The notes below the pieces were generated by a model. That model was not told where the DNA came from. It saw only the letters and a list, made by a program, of their open reading frames with translations, and did not search any database. 64,000 bases of DNA from Bacillota bacterium (GTDB lineage Bacteria; Bacillota; Sulfobacillia; Fermentithermobacillales; Fermentithermobacillaceae), in the NCBI GenBank assembly GCA_050952065.1, contig JBMNKF010000003.1, forward strand, positions 28,985-92,984, written 5' to 3'. The translations under genes were made by a program, and so were the position numbers. This document shows positions 17,073 through 27,186 of the stretch, piece by piece (the stretch's first letter is position 1; every line of letters starts with the position of its first letter).

Positions 17073-17154
17073 GGGGCTACACCTCTCTTGCGTTTTATCA
17101 GCCCCATTTTATATGAGATTTGAGCTTTTTGCACATTCGGAGGAAAAATATGTC

Positions 17155-20100
17155 ATGAATTTCTCGCACCTTCATGTTCACACAGAATACAGCCTACTTG
17201 ACGGCGCGTGCCGGATCAGAGAGTTGTGCACTCGAGCGAAGGTTTTGGGGATGAAGTCCCTGGCGATCACAGACCACGGCACTATGTACGGGGTTGTGAG
17301 TTTCGTCGAGGCATGTGAAGCCAATGGGTTGCATCCGGTGATAGGCTGTGAGGTTTACGTAGCCCGCGACTCGCGGTTCGATAAGACAAAAGGCACACTG
17401 GACAAGCCTTACCACCTGGTGCTCCTGGCCAAGACCCAAGAAGGGTACAAGAACCTATTGCGGATCGTGTCAAAGGGCTTCTTAGAAGGTTTCTACTACA
17501 AGCCTAGGATCGATTTGGAGGTTTTGTCGGAACACTCCGGAGGGCTCATAGCCCTAACCGCCTGTCTGGAGGGAGAAATCCCTTCTCATCTGGCTCAAGG
17601 AAAATTCGAGGAAGCCCGAGAGAGTCTCATGTCTTATGCCGATATTTTCGGCAAAGGCAATGTGTACTTAGAAATCCAAAGGAACGGCGTCTCAGGCCAG
17701 GAGGAGATCAACCGCGAGATCGTGCGTCTTGCCCGAAACACGGGAGTGCCTTTGGTGGCCACAAACGATTGTCACTATCTGACCAGGGAAGACGCCAAGT
17801 ATCACGATGTACTCCTAGCCATACAGACCGGTACCAACCTAAATGACCCGAAGCGCCTCAGGTTTCAAGGCGACCAGTTCTACTTCCGGTCCGGCGAGGA
17901 AATGTCCGAGATCTTTCACGATCTTCCCGAAGCCATAGTCAATACTGAGATCATCGCTGATCGTTGTCAGGTAAGACTAGACTTCGACTCTATACACCTG
18001 CCAGAATTCCCGCTGCCTTCAGGGCAGGAGCCTTCAGGGGTACTCAGGCAGATGTCTTTGGAAGGCCTCGCTTTTCGCTTTGGTTCTGATCCTGATCCGT
18101 CTGTCGCCGAGCGCCTCCAGTACGAACTGACTATGATCGATCGGATGGGGTACTCATCCTATTTTCTGATCGTTAGCGACTTTGTTAACTACGCCAAGAG
18201 CCGCGGGATCGCTGTCGGGCCTGGTAGAGGCTCGGCTGCGGGTAGTCTTGTGGCCTACTGCCTGGGCATTACTGACATAGACCCTCTAGAACACGACTTG
18301 GTGTTTGAAAGGTTCCTCAATCCCGAAAGGATTACCATGCCCGATATTGACATCGATTTCCAGGATGACCGCAGGGATGAGGTAATTGCCTATGTCAAGG
18401 AGAAGTACGGCCAAGACCGCGTGGCCCAGATAATCACCTTTGGTACCTTGGCTGCGAGGGCCGCCGTTAGGGATGTGGGGCGGGCCATGGCATTTCCCTA
18501 CGGAGATGTGGATACCATCGCCAAAATGATACCCAACCAGATCGGCATGTCTATCGAGAAGGCCTTGGAGATGGTGCCGGCTCTCCGAGATATGAGGGAA
18601 AAAGAGAACGTCCGGGTTCTTCTGGATGCGGCGCTCCACCTTGAGGGGATGCCGAGACATTCTTCAACTCACGCTGCGGGGATAGTCATCGGTAAAGGTC
18701 CCTTGTGGGACTATGTACCGTTGGCCAAGGGCCAAGACGGCGGGGTCGTTACCCAATACCCCATGGAGGATCTGGAGAGCCTGGGTCTTCTGAAGATCGA
18801 CTTCTTGGGCTTGCGCACTCTCACTGTGTTGCAGAGGGCCACAAGCATGATCCGAGCCAGGGCCGATGGGGCAGTCGCAGACCAAGAGCCGGATGCAGAA
18901 AACGACAATAACGACGAGGCGTTTGACCTGAGCCGTATCCCTCCCAACGACCCTAAGACCTACGACATGCTTTCAAAAGGTGAATCCATAGGCGTGTTTC
19001 AGCTGGAGTCGTCGTGGGTGAGGGACTTCCTCAAGGAACTTAAACCCAGGGAGCTCAAGGACATCATTGCGACTGTGGCGCTTTGCCGTCCCGGTCCTAT
19101 GGAACAGATACCCGAATTCTTGAGGTCTCGGAATGGGACGCCTCGCTACCTGCATCCGGTGCTGGAGCCCGTCCTTCGCGAGACCCATGGAGTCTTGGTT
19201 TACCAGGAGCAGATCCTGAAGATAGCAGAGGCGGTGGCCGGATTTACCTTGGGTGAAGCCGATATCCTCAGACGGGCAGTGGGCAAGAAGAAGAAAGATC
19301 TCTTGGAGGACATGGAAGGTAGGTTCTTGAAAGGCGCTCTGGCGAAAGGGATTTCACAGGATGTGGCCCGGAAGATTTACGACCTGATCCTCAAGTTTGC
19401 CAACTACGGGTTCAACAAGAACCATGCGGCACCCTACGCCCTCATCGCCTACCAAACCGCTTACCTTAAGGCCAACTATCCAAAGGAGTTTATGGCTGCG
19501 CTTTTGTCCTCCGTAATGGGAGTGCAGGGCAAAGTGGGAGTCTATCTCGACGAAGCCAAGAGGCTTGGCCTGGGCGTGTTGGGTCCTAGCGTCAATTACA
19601 GCGAGGTCGAGTTTTCGGTGGAAGGAGAGGCCATCCGCTTTGGTCTAGCGAGCATAAAGAACGTGGGCGCGCATCTCGCAGAAAGCCTTGTTTCTGAGAG
19701 GAAGCGCAACGGCCCCTATAGAAGTTTGCAAGACCTTGCTTCCAGGATTGAAGGAAGGCTCTTGACTCGAAAAGCTCTGGAGACGCTGATCCAATGCGGC
19801 GCCTGTGACGATTTGGGCACCAGATATGACAATCTGGACGGCTTGGACTTGGCACTTCGGCAACGTGTTTCGAAGACCGAAAACCAATTGTCTTTGTTCG
19901 GATTCGAACCACAAGAAGGCCCCACTCTTTTTTCTGAGCCTCCGGCAACGTCAGTTCGGTCAGCGCCAGCGCTTCCAGAGCCTTCGAAGGAGGAGAGAAT
20001 CCCCCTAGACGTCAGGTTGTCATGGGAGCGAGATCTCCTCGGGATGTACTTCAGCGGACACCCTTTGGAGAAGTACAAGACCCTGCTGACCAAGAGAACT

Positions 20101-20397
20101 ACGCCTATCCCGGATTTGGAGTATGTCCCCGATGGCCGTGACGCAACCGTGGGAGGACGGGTGTCTTCTGTTAAGAAGGTCACCACGAAGCAGGGAGAAG
20201 AGATGGCCTTCGTGAGCATTGAGGACGAATTTGCCACCCTGGAAGTCATCGTGTTTCCGAAGCTTTGGCAAAGGACAAGAAATCTGTTTGTCAAGGAAAA
20301 CGTGGTGCTTGTCACCGGGAGTGTAGAGGAGCAGGAGGAAACGCGGAGAATACTGGCAAGGGAAGCCGTGGACGCAGAATCAGTCCCAGATACGTAG
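17155..20397 (+). CDS. dnaE: DNA polymerase III subunit alpha
   Basis: The PHP domain begins MNFSHLHVHTEYSLLDG, followed by polymerase core and OB-fold motifs. The ATG at 17155 with a GGAGG site 11 nt upstream is preferred over the track's start at 17044. Confidence 0.9.
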   Translation: MNFSHLHVHTEYSLLDGACRIRELCTRAKVLGMKSLAITDHGTMYGVVSFVEACEANGLHPVIGCEVYVARDSRFDKTKGTLDKPYHLVLLAKTQEGYKNLLRIVSKGFLEGFYYKPRIDLEVLSEHSGGLIALTACLEGEIPSHLAQGKFEEARESLMSYADIFGKGNVYLEIQRNGVSGQEEINREIVRLARNTGVPLVATNDCHYLTREDAKYHDVLLAIQTGTNLNDPKRLRFQGDQFYFRSGEEMSEIFHDLPEAIVNTEIIADRCQVRLDFDSIHLPEFPLPSGQEPSGVLRQMSLEGLAFRFGSDPDPSVAERLQYELTMIDRMGYSSYFLIVSDFVNYAKSRGIAVGPGRGSAAGSLVAYCLGITDIDPLEHDLVFERFLNPERITMPDIDIDFQDDRRDEVIAYVKEKYGQDRVAQIITFGTLAARAAVRDVGRAMAFPYGDVDTIAKMIPNQIGMSIEKALEMVPALRDMREKENVRVLLDAALHLEGMPRHSSTHAAGIVIGKGPLWDYVPLAKGQDGGVVTQYPMEDLESLGLLKIDFLGLRTLTVLQRATSMIRARADGAVADQEPDAENDNNDEAFDLSRIPPNDPKTYDMLSKGESIGVFQLESSWVRDFLKELKPRELKDIIATVALCRPGPMEQIPEFLRSRNGTPRYLHPVLEPVLRETHGVLVYQEQILKIAEAVAGFTLGEADILRRAVGKKKKDLLEDMEGRFLKGALAKGISQDVARKIYDLILKFANYGFNKNHAAPYALIAYQTAYLKANYPKEFMAALLSSVMGVQGKVGVYLDEAKRLGLGVLGPSVNYSEVEFSVEGEAIRFGLASIKNVGAHLAESLVSERKRNGPYRSLQDLASRIEGRLLTRKALETLIQCGACDDLGTRYDNLDGLDLALRQRVSKTENQLSLFGFEPQEGPTLFSEPPATSVRSAPALPEPSKEERIPLDVRLSWERDLLGMYFSGHPLEKYKTLLTKRTTPIPDLEYVPDGRDATVGGRVSSVKKVTTKQGEEMAFVSIEDEFATLEVIVFPKLWQRTRNLFVKENVVLVTGSVEEQEETRRILAREAVDAESVPDT

Positions 20398-20461
20398 AGA
20401 CAATAACCTCTGAGGAAGGGGGGAAGCCCGCAGTCCCCTGCTGGGGCGATAGGGCCTGTAA

Positions 20462-20674
20462 GTGTGGACAGTAGTGTATGTGGCCTCAAGCTGGGAAGAG
20501 GCCGAAGCTATAAAAGACAGGCTGGCGCAGGACGGACTCCTCGTTATGCTGAGGGCTTGCGGTTCATACGGTGAACGGGTCTCTAAAGAAGTTGAACTGC
20601 TTGTTCCCGAGATCGAAGTAGGTGAAGCACAAGCTATCATCATGCAGATGGTGGGAACTGCAAGGGCTTGGTAG
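20462..20674 (+). CDS. DUF2007-like small protein
   Basis: 70 aa with a PII-like pattern (VVYVASSWEEAEAIKDRLAQDGL...EVELLVPEIEVGEAQAII). Confidence 0.4.
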   Translation: MWTVVYVASSWEEAEAIKDRLAQDGLLVMLRACGSYGERVSKEVELLVPEIEVGEAQAIIMQMVGTARAW

Positions 20675-20675
20675 T

Positions 20676-21632
20676 ATGAAAATCGGTGTACTCACAAGCG
20701 GCGGAGATGCTCCTGGCATGAACGCTGCCATTAGGGCGGTGGTCAGGCGAGGCGACTCTTTGGGCATTCAGGTCTACGGCATTCGTCGCGGCTATGACGG
20801 GATCCTTGACGGGGACATGCGCCCAATGGGAGTCGAGTCTGTAGGAGACACAATCCACAGAGGGGGCACAATTCTACATACAGCGCGATCAGATAGGTTC
20901 ATCCGACCGGAAGGGCAAGATTTGGCCGCGGCTAGGCTTAGGGGTGTTGGAATCGAGGGCCTTGTGGTTATCGGCGGTGAGGGGAGTCTCCGAGGTATGA
21001 TGGAACTCTGTCGAAGGGGTGTACGTTGCGTTGGTATACCTGGGACCATAGATAACGACATTGCCCTCACAGAGCACAGCATCGGATTCGACACCGCGCT
21101 GAACACAGGCGTAGAGGCCGTAAACCGTCTGCGTGACACGGCCACATCTCACGATCGCATCTTTGTAGTGGAGACTATGGGCAGGAAGTCCGGGCACTTG
21201 GCTCTTGCTGTGGGTGTGGCGGGCGGCGCTGAGTCCATCCTCATCCCCGAGCTTCCCGTCAAGATCGACGAGGTCTGCCAGAAACTAAGACGGGGCCTTG
21301 ACAGAGGCAAAGTCCACAGCATAATCGTGGTGGCGGAGGGCGCCAGAAGCGGCTTCGTAGTGGCGAAAGAGATAGAAGCGTATCTTGGTATCGAACTCCG
21401 CGTGACTGTCCTTGGCCATGTTCAAAGAGGCGGATCGCCCAGTGCCTTCGATCGCTTGATAGCTTCCAGACTGGGGGCCAAGGCAGTAGATTTGTTGGCT
21501 GAGGGTAAGAACGGACTGATGGTGGGCATTGTGGGCAGCAAAGCGGTGCCTTTGGATATGGAGCAAGTTCTTGCCACGAAAAAGGAGATGGACTTGGAAC
21601 TGTACAATCTGGCAGATGATCTTGCACGATGA
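20676..21632 (+). CDS. pfkA: ATP-dependent 6-phosphofructokinase
   Basis: MKIGVLTSGGDAPGMNAAIRAVV, the GGDGS-type core (GGEGSL) and the MGR motif are present. Confidence 0.9.
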   Translation: MKIGVLTSGGDAPGMNAAIRAVVRRGDSLGIQVYGIRRGYDGILDGDMRPMGVESVGDTIHRGGTILHTARSDRFIRPEGQDLAAARLRGVGIEGLVVIGGEGSLRGMMELCRRGVRCVGIPGTIDNDIALTEHSIGFDTALNTGVEAVNRLRDTATSHDRIFVVETMGRKSGHLALAVGVAGGAESILIPELPVKIDEVCQKLRRGLDRGKVHSIIVVAEGARSGFVVAKEIEAYLGIELRVTVLGHVQRGGSPSAFDRLIASRLGAKAVDLLAEGKNGLMVGIVGSKAVPLDMEQVLATKKEMDLELYNLADDLAR

Positions 21633-21659
21633 CTCTTCTTCGTTCTATGCTACAATACA

Positions 21660-21882
21660 GGTTACTGAGACGTCTCTGGATTCGTTAGGAATCTTTTGTG
21701 AGATTTGCAAGGGTTTCGTGGGAGACGATAAGGGGGAGTAACTTCCCGGGAGTCTTTGCAGTGGTTGGTGCGAGACCGCCTGGGTGGTATCTACCGTCAA
21801 CACGGCTTAATGGCCCGGTAGACCGTCAAAGTGAGACCTTTATCCTTGTGCAACGGGGTAAAGGCTTTTTTTGTGGGAGACT
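21660..21882 (+). ncRNA. candidate small structured RNA or leader: near-consensus sigma-A promoter, about 215-nt transcript, intrinsic terminator
   Basis: The promoter is aTGACT-N16-TGcTACAAT at 21629-21660. The terminator hairpin ACCTTTATCC...GGGTAAAGG plus T7 lies at about 21838-21882. An ACCGTCAA direct repeat is present. The RNA family is not recognised. Confidence 0.3.
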
Positions 21883-21940
21883 ATAGGCTGAACTCCTGCA
21901 AGCCGCTGCCCTGTTTGAGAACGGGCGAGGAGGGTATGAT

Positions 21941-23041
21941 TTGGGAGTCTTCAACGGTCTACTGGAAATGACATGGCAGCAAGCGGTCATGATCGGTATC
22001 GGATTTGCCCTCATCTATCTGGCAATAGTCAAGGAATACGAGCCTGTGTTGTTACTTCCCATAGGGTTTGGCGCTATCATTTCGAATTTCCCTGGGACAT
22101 CAGTTTTGGGAGAGCACGGTTTTCTGACCGTCCTCTACCGGGCGGGTATCATAACCGAGTTATTTCCGCTTCTAATTTTCATCGGCATAGGCGCCATGAT
22201 AGACTTTGGACCCCTTTTCGAGCAGCCTGCCATGCTATTCTTCGGAGCCGCTGCCCAGTTGGGCATATTCATGACCATGGGCATGGCGGTGTTGCTGAAC
22301 TTCCCTCTGAAAGAAGCCGCATCGATAGGGATGATAGGTGCCGCTGACGGACCAACCGCCATTTATGTGGCAACCAAATTTGCTCGAAGGCTGTTGGGTC
22401 CTATCTCGGTGGCGGCCTATTCATACATGTCACTGGTACCGCTCATTCAGCCTCCGGTGGTGAGGGCTTTGACGACGCCTCAGGAGCGAAAGATTAGGAT
22501 GGACCCGCAGTGCCATCGACCGGTGTCGAAAAAGGTGAGGATTCTGTTTCCCCTGGTGGTGACTGTTGTGGCCGGTCTGGTCGCGCCCATCAGTCTTTCG
22601 TTGGTGGGGACTCTCATGTTTGGCAACCTTCTGCGCGAGTCCGGGGTGGTTGACCGTCTATCCAAGACGGCCCAAAACGAACTGGCCAACCTAGTGTCGT
22701 TGCTTCTGGGTATTACCATTGGCTCTACTATGGTGGCTTCGGAATTCCTGAAGCCTACGACCCTTCTCATTATCGGAATGGGCCTTGTGGCCTTCGTGTT
22801 CGACACTGCCGGCGGCGTGTTGTTCGCCAAGTTCATCAACCTGTTTTTGAAGCGCAAGATCAACCCAATGATTGGCGCGTGCGGCATTTCGGCTTTCCCC
22901 ATGTCCGCCAGGGCGATCCAGAAGATGGCCCAAGCTGAAGACCCGAGCAACTTTGTTCTGATGCAGGCAGTGGGCGCCAATGTGGCCGGACAAATTGCGT
23001 CGGTCATAGCCGGTGCAATGATCCTGGCATTGATGAAATAG
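21941..23041 (+). CDS. Na+-translocating decarboxylase beta-subunit family protein (OadB/MmdB/GcdB-like)
   Basis: Polytopic membrane protein. Recalled family signatures include LLLPIGFGAIISN, IGAADGPTAIYVATKFA and IGACGISAFPMSARAI. A TTG start is preceded by GGAGG. Confidence 0.5.
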   Translation: MGVFNGLLEMTWQQAVMIGIGFALIYLAIVKEYEPVLLLPIGFGAIISNFPGTSVLGEHGFLTVLYRAGIITELFPLLIFIGIGAMIDFGPLFEQPAMLFFGAAAQLGIFMTMGMAVLLNFPLKEAASIGMIGAADGPTAIYVATKFARRLLGPISVAAYSYMSLVPLIQPPVVRALTTPQERKIRMDPQCHRPVSKKVRILFPLVVTVVAGLVAPISLSLVGTLMFGNLLRESGVVDRLSKTAQNELANLVSLLLGITIGSTMVASEFLKPTTLLIIGMGLVAFVFDTAGGVLFAKFINLFLKRKINPMIGACGISAFPMSARAIQKMAQAEDPSNFVLMQAVGANVAGQIASVIAGAMILALMK

Positions 23042-23418
23042 AGAGATAGAAACTGGCTTGAGCCACGGTATGGGGGATCATGGACGTAAGGCGTATATGG
23101 CGTGGCAAGGCGAACCTTATGAGAATTGGGGTGGAGTGCTGTTGGGCGTAGTATTGGCGGAGACGCTCAGAATAGCGGCTGTTTCTATGAGTACCACGTT
23201 CTTTGTTATGGTGTGTCTATATGCGACCATAAAGACAATTTGCCGAAGTTGACGGGCGTAAGGTAGTTGTAAGGTAGTTGCTGGAAAACCGCGCCCGGTG
23301 CAAGATGAGACTGGCCGCCGACCCGCCAGCTGTGCGGGTCCCATTCGCGGGTCGGGGCCTAGTCAGGGCTTAGCCGTTCAGTAAGATTTACTCTACGTAT
23401 ACGCTGTCCTGGATCAGC

Positions 23419-23604
23419 CTATTCCTCAGTGGCAATTACCTCAATCTCTGAGCCTCGACCGCACATCCTGGCTCCAAACCACACAGCTGTCGCTAACAGC
23501 GCACCTCCCAAAAACATGGTCCACCAAGGTAAGCGAAGAAATCTCATGAATCCTTGGTTGTCATCGTTCATTTCAGCGTCTATGTTCACGCGTGTACCCT
23601 CCAA
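23419..23604 (-). CDS. small single-TM hypothetical protein
   Basis: 61-aa ORF with one hydrophobic helix. No homology is recognised. Confidence 0.2.
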   Translation of the reverse strand: MEGTRVNIDAEMNDDNQGFMRFLRLPWWTMFLGGALLATAVWFGARMCGRGSEIEVIATEE

Positions 23605-23698
23605 GCTTGCGTCGTGTGCTTGCCATCAACCATGGATCGCCAATCGGCCCACCGAGGGCCGGTCGATGGACGCCGGCCCTCTTGGCGGGTCTGCCGAT

Positions 23699-24271
23699 TC
23701 AGGATTGCTTGTACAAGCCTCTTTGCTGCATGTAGTTGAAGATGCCTTCACCGTGTCTCTGCTCATCCTGCTGAATGTGCTGCAGGGCCTGTCGCAATTG
23801 CTTGTTGGACGACTCGAAGACAGCTGTGTCATAGGCGCCTGACACGTACTTCTCTGTCATGAGCATGTCGGTGAGCATGGATGCCTCGTCTTGGGTACCA
23901 GAGCCTGCTCCGCCGCCAATTTGTCCAGCCTCAGCGGTGAAGCCTCTGTTGGCCCACCCGATCTGGCTCGTAGTCTGTCCCAACTCCGGCCCTCCGGCTT
24001 GCATCGAAGTTGCCTGACGAGGGCTCTGATACTGTTGGGACTGTGGTTGATTCCCTGGTCTTTGCGCGCCTTGGGGATTTGTCAGGAAACCTTGGATGGT
24101 GTTGTAGTGTTCCTGCTCATCCTTGGCGAACTCATTGAACATGTTGCGGAGTTCCTGGTCCTTCGCCTGGCTAGCGTACTTGGAGTACTTCTGGATGCAG
24201 ATCTCCTCGTGCTTTGCCTGATCCTGTAGCAGCATCTTCTCCTTTTGAGTAAGGCTTTGCACTGAATCCAC
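23699..24271 (-). CDS. spore coat protein, CotF-like (two Coat_F domains)
   Basis: Two Coat_F-like halves (LTQKEKMLLQDQAKHEEICIQKY...EQEHYNTIQGFL and MLTDMLMTEKYVSGAYDTAV...DEQRHGEGIFNYM) separated by a Q/G-rich linker. Confidence 0.6.
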   Translation of the reverse strand: MDSVQSLTQKEKMLLQDQAKHEEICIQKYSKYASQAKDQELRNMFNEFAKDEQEHYNTIQGFLTNPQGAQRPGNQPQSQQYQSPRQATSMQAGGPELGQTTSQIGWANRGFTAEAGQIGGGAGSGTQDEASMLTDMLMTEKYVSGAYDTAVFESSNKQLRQALQHIQQDEQRHGEGIFNYMQQRGLYKQS

Positions 24272-24576
24272 TCCTCCATACAGGTCTTGTTGACCCGGAT
24301 TCCCTGCGAATCGGCGGCAGGGTCGCCTATAGTGTCAGACAGAGCTGCTTTCCCTATTCCTCTATGGCTCATGGAACCAGGTTGCCAAAACCTGTCTATT
24401 ATCCGGTATGAATCTAGTTGCCGACACCCTCTTTCGCCAAACATCATCTGGGCCGGCAAAAACTGGCAAGTGCGAATGCCACTTTACAAGTCTAGAAGGT
24501 GCGGTTTACCTGAGGTTAGATGCTTATATGGCCTACTGATTCTCCTGGGTCGACGCCTGAGGCACAAAACGTCCGC

Positions 24577-25134
24577 CTACATGGTGTAAGCAGATTTCAC
24601 CGAAATGGCAACATAGGCAAAGCAATTGACCCAGAAATGAGTGAGAGCCACCGTGGCCATGGCTTGCCAGGTACTCTTTTTCTTGCGGCGGACAAAGATG
24701 TATGCAAATACCAACCCGGACGAAGCGGCAGCCAATATACCCAAGATACCGGATGAATAGTGCATCAGAGAAAAGAGAGCTGTGGATACCCCGATCTGGA
24801 TCGGCGCTTTCTGATGCAAGCGCTCTGTGAGCCATATGGGAGCCCATTGGAATATGATTGTCTCCAGAACGGGTGCGAGAAGCAACGCGATTTCCCACGG
24901 GACATCAGGTTGTTGCGTCACTAAGGTTTCCCTGGGAAACAGGAACAGGGCAGGCGACAAGATCAGTAATAGCACGATACGGCCCAACAAGCTGTAGACG
25001 GCCATGATGATGGTGTATATTAATACGTTCTGTTCCTCAAGCCACTGAAAGTGACGGGAATAAAACGTCCTCGTCTTGTTCATCTCCCTACGCTGAACTA
25101 GTTTCGTCACCTCCAGGCGGACTCCTTCCTCCAC
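24577..25134 (-). CDS. CPBP-family intramembrane metalloprotease (CAAX protease-like)
   Basis: Multi-TM protein with FSLMH (F-x-x-x-H) and HFWVN (H-x-x-x-N) motifs. Confidence 0.55.
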   Translation of the reverse strand: MEEGVRLEVTKLVQRREMNKTRTFYSRHFQWLEEQNVLIYTIIMAVYSLLGRIVLLLILSPALFLFPRETLVTQQPDVPWEIALLLAPVLETIIFQWAPIWLTERLHQKAPIQIGVSTALFSLMHYSSGILGILAAASSGLVFAYIFVRRKKKSTWQAMATVALTHFWVNCFAYVAISVKSAYTM

Positions 25135-25208
25135 CGCGACCCTCTAGGACATACAGAATGCAAATATTGTGACTTGGGCCCAGGCATGCTAAAATGGAGG
25201 CTGTTAGT

Positions 25209-25296
25209 GCCGGAGTGATGGAATTGGCAGTCATGCGCGACTCAAAATCGCGTGCGGTGACCCCGCGTGCGGGTTCGACTCCCGCCTCCGGCACCA
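25209..25296 (+). tRNA. tRNA-Leu(CAA), type II with a long variable arm
   Basis: Folded by hand. The acceptor stem is GCCGGAG/CTCCGGC. The anticodon stem is CGCGA/TCGCG with loop CTCAAAA, giving anticodon CAA. The variable arm is GCGG..CCGC, the T-arm is GCGGG-TTCGACT-CCCGC, and the discriminator A plus CCA is encoded. Confidence 0.8.
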
Positions 25297-25592
25297 CTAC
25301 TAGCAGCAAAGATGGCTTGACGTGGTCTTCCTACTCCCTAGCCCAATTGGGAGACACGGTGCCGAAACGGTGCCACTACGCTGCTGGTCGAAACACCGAC
25401 TACTACTCCCAGTTCAACGCTACCGTCTCGATACCCTGTTTTTTCCTATCGGATGGATAAATGGAGGATTAAACGCGAATCGCGCTGTGTTTGACTCGGT
25501 CGAGGAGGTACTCATGACGGCTCATCAGTTGAGTCTCTTCTGAAGAGAAACACTGGCCTGCATGGATCAGCAGGCCAGTGATGGTGGTGTCT

Positions 25593-26330
25593 TCATCGCA
25601 CCAGCTTGGCCGCGTATGAGATCGCGGCAAGCATCCCGTCTGAGACATTGTGTATTAAAACTGGCCCGAGCAGGCTCCCGGTGTTGCGGTACATGAAAGC
25701 GTAGAAGATGCCAAAGCCGAAGGCGATCACCAACTGAACCGGATCCAAATAGGTGACCTTGAACGGCGAAATGGTAAATCCGATATGCGCCATGGAGAAT
25801 AAGACGGCGCTTATGACGCCTGCGGTGGGGACAGTGAACCCCGGGAACCGAACTTCGCTCTTCCATGATCTGGCCAGGATGGTAACGATGAGCGACCTGA
25901 ACAACAGCTCCTCGGCGATGCCGGGCATTGTGAACATGAACAGGAGGCTTCCGGTCACATTCCGCGCGGTCATGGGATGGCTTACAGCAGACTGCATGGC
26001 TGCGCTCGCCATCAGCACGTTGAAGACGACGCCGTACACGGCGCACCCGAGGCAGAACCTCCAGAAGACTCTCATGGACCAGTCACTCTTGTTTAGGTTC
26101 AGGCCCCACTCAGCTATGCCCAGCTTCCATTGCGCGCCGAGCACGACGATGGCCGCGAGAGACAGAACCGTCTGCGCTATGTGGTGCAGGAACCTCCACG
26201 CAAACACGCCATCGGGGTCAAGGCCGGCAAAGCTATTGATCGCCACATCAGCGAATCTCGATGATAGTAGGGGAATCAAGTAGGCTAAAAGCACGGCAAA
26301 GATGAGATCTCGGGTCTTCCTCCGCGTCAT
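25593..26330 (-). CDS. CPBP-family intramembrane metalloprotease
   Basis: The EELLFRS, FSMAH and HNVSD motifs (the three CPBP/Abi signature motifs) are present. Confidence 0.65.
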   Translation of the reverse strand: MTRRKTRDLIFAVLLAYLIPLLSSRFADVAINSFAGLDPDGVFAWRFLHHIAQTVLSLAAIVVLGAQWKLGIAEWGLNLNKSDWSMRVFWRFCLGCAVYGVVFNVLMASAAMQSAVSHPMTARNVTGSLLFMFTMPGIAEELLFRSLIVTILARSWKSEVRFPGFTVPTAGVISAVLFSMAHIGFTISPFKVTYLDPVQLVIAFGFGIFYAFMYRNTGSLLGPVLIHNVSDGMLAAISYAAKLVR

Positions 26331-26616
26331 ACTACTTCCTTCTTTCTCGTGTAGTGCTCACTGCCAGACTTCTCATTATGGCAGTAATTAGAGACGCGGG
26401 CCTAGGGGAGGTGGGGTACCAGTGACCTGGATGCTCCGTTGGCCTCAGCATTACGCTTATCCCCTCGCTAGCGGGCGGCTGCGGAGCATCCTATGGTAGG
26501 AGTACTCGTCAACAACAAAGCGGAATACGTACTCGTTGCCGTACATCTCGGCTTGCCTTCGGACTGCATCCTTCTCGGAATGCAGACATCAAGCCTTGGG
26601 GTCAAGTTCCGCTTGT

Positions 26617-26871
26617 TCACAATTTCTGTATTCCAAGCAAATCCTCGGCTAGTCGCGAAACGAACCTGTAAGAATCGTAAACGCCCTCGTTATAGAAGTG
26701 CGGCGCCAGCTCTTCCGAGAAGAAGTCCAAAATGAGTATTGCGGCCAAGTCCCCCAGGTCCTCCCCTCGTTCCTCACGGAACCATTTCTTTATCAGCCCT
26801 ACCATCTCATCTCGTTTCTCTTTGCTGATATTAAACTTAGGGCCCATAAATCCCACCAACTTCCTCACCAA
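26617..26871 (-). CDS. DUF2164 domain protein
   Basis: 84 aa. ...WFREERGEDLGDLAAILILDFFSEELAPHFYNEGVYD matches the DUF2164 pattern. Confidence 0.5.
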   Translation of the reverse strand: MVRKLVGFMGPKFNISKEKRDEMVGLIKKWFREERGEDLGDLAAILILDFFSEELAPHFYNEGVYDSYRFVSRLAEDLLGIQKL

Positions 26872-27186
26872 ATCAAGGTATCAAACTTGTTCATATGGCG
26901 TTCATCCAGGAGTGTTCCGTGCTCGAAGGCCGTCTACCTTCTTCGGCTGCGCAAAGCATGAAAACATCGTGGTACATTCAAACGATCAAGCCCCAAGACT
27001 GCGCCTAAGATTGCGTTTGGATGATTACTGACGTGACGACGCGATAGTTTGGACGGACACACCGATTTTGGAGCCCCATGTTTGAAAGTGACGTATTATT
27101 GATTTGAGCATAGGCTCCCGATAGTATAGCTACCTACAGAGGATCCCGAGAGAGGATCTCCAGGGAGCACGTGGGAGGGGTCCATA

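Noticed and set aside
17044-17154. Upstream extension of dnaE to 17044
   Set aside because: The conserved PHP N-terminus MNFSHLHVHTEYS starts at 17155 with a GGAGG site 11 nt upstream. The 37 extra residues are not conserved-looking.
19716-20489. 257-aa minus-strand ORF
   Set aside because: It is antisense to the dnaE 3' region, with no homology signal.
21973-23007. ORFs 21973..22347 (+) and 22480..23007 (-) inside the OadB-like gene
   Set aside because: They are alternative-frame or antisense ORFs of a GC-rich membrane protein gene. The OadB-like frame has the family motifs and an RBS plus TTG start.
25088-25309. Minus-strand 73-aa ORF
   Set aside because: It is antisense to the tRNA-Leu(CAA) gene and its flanks.
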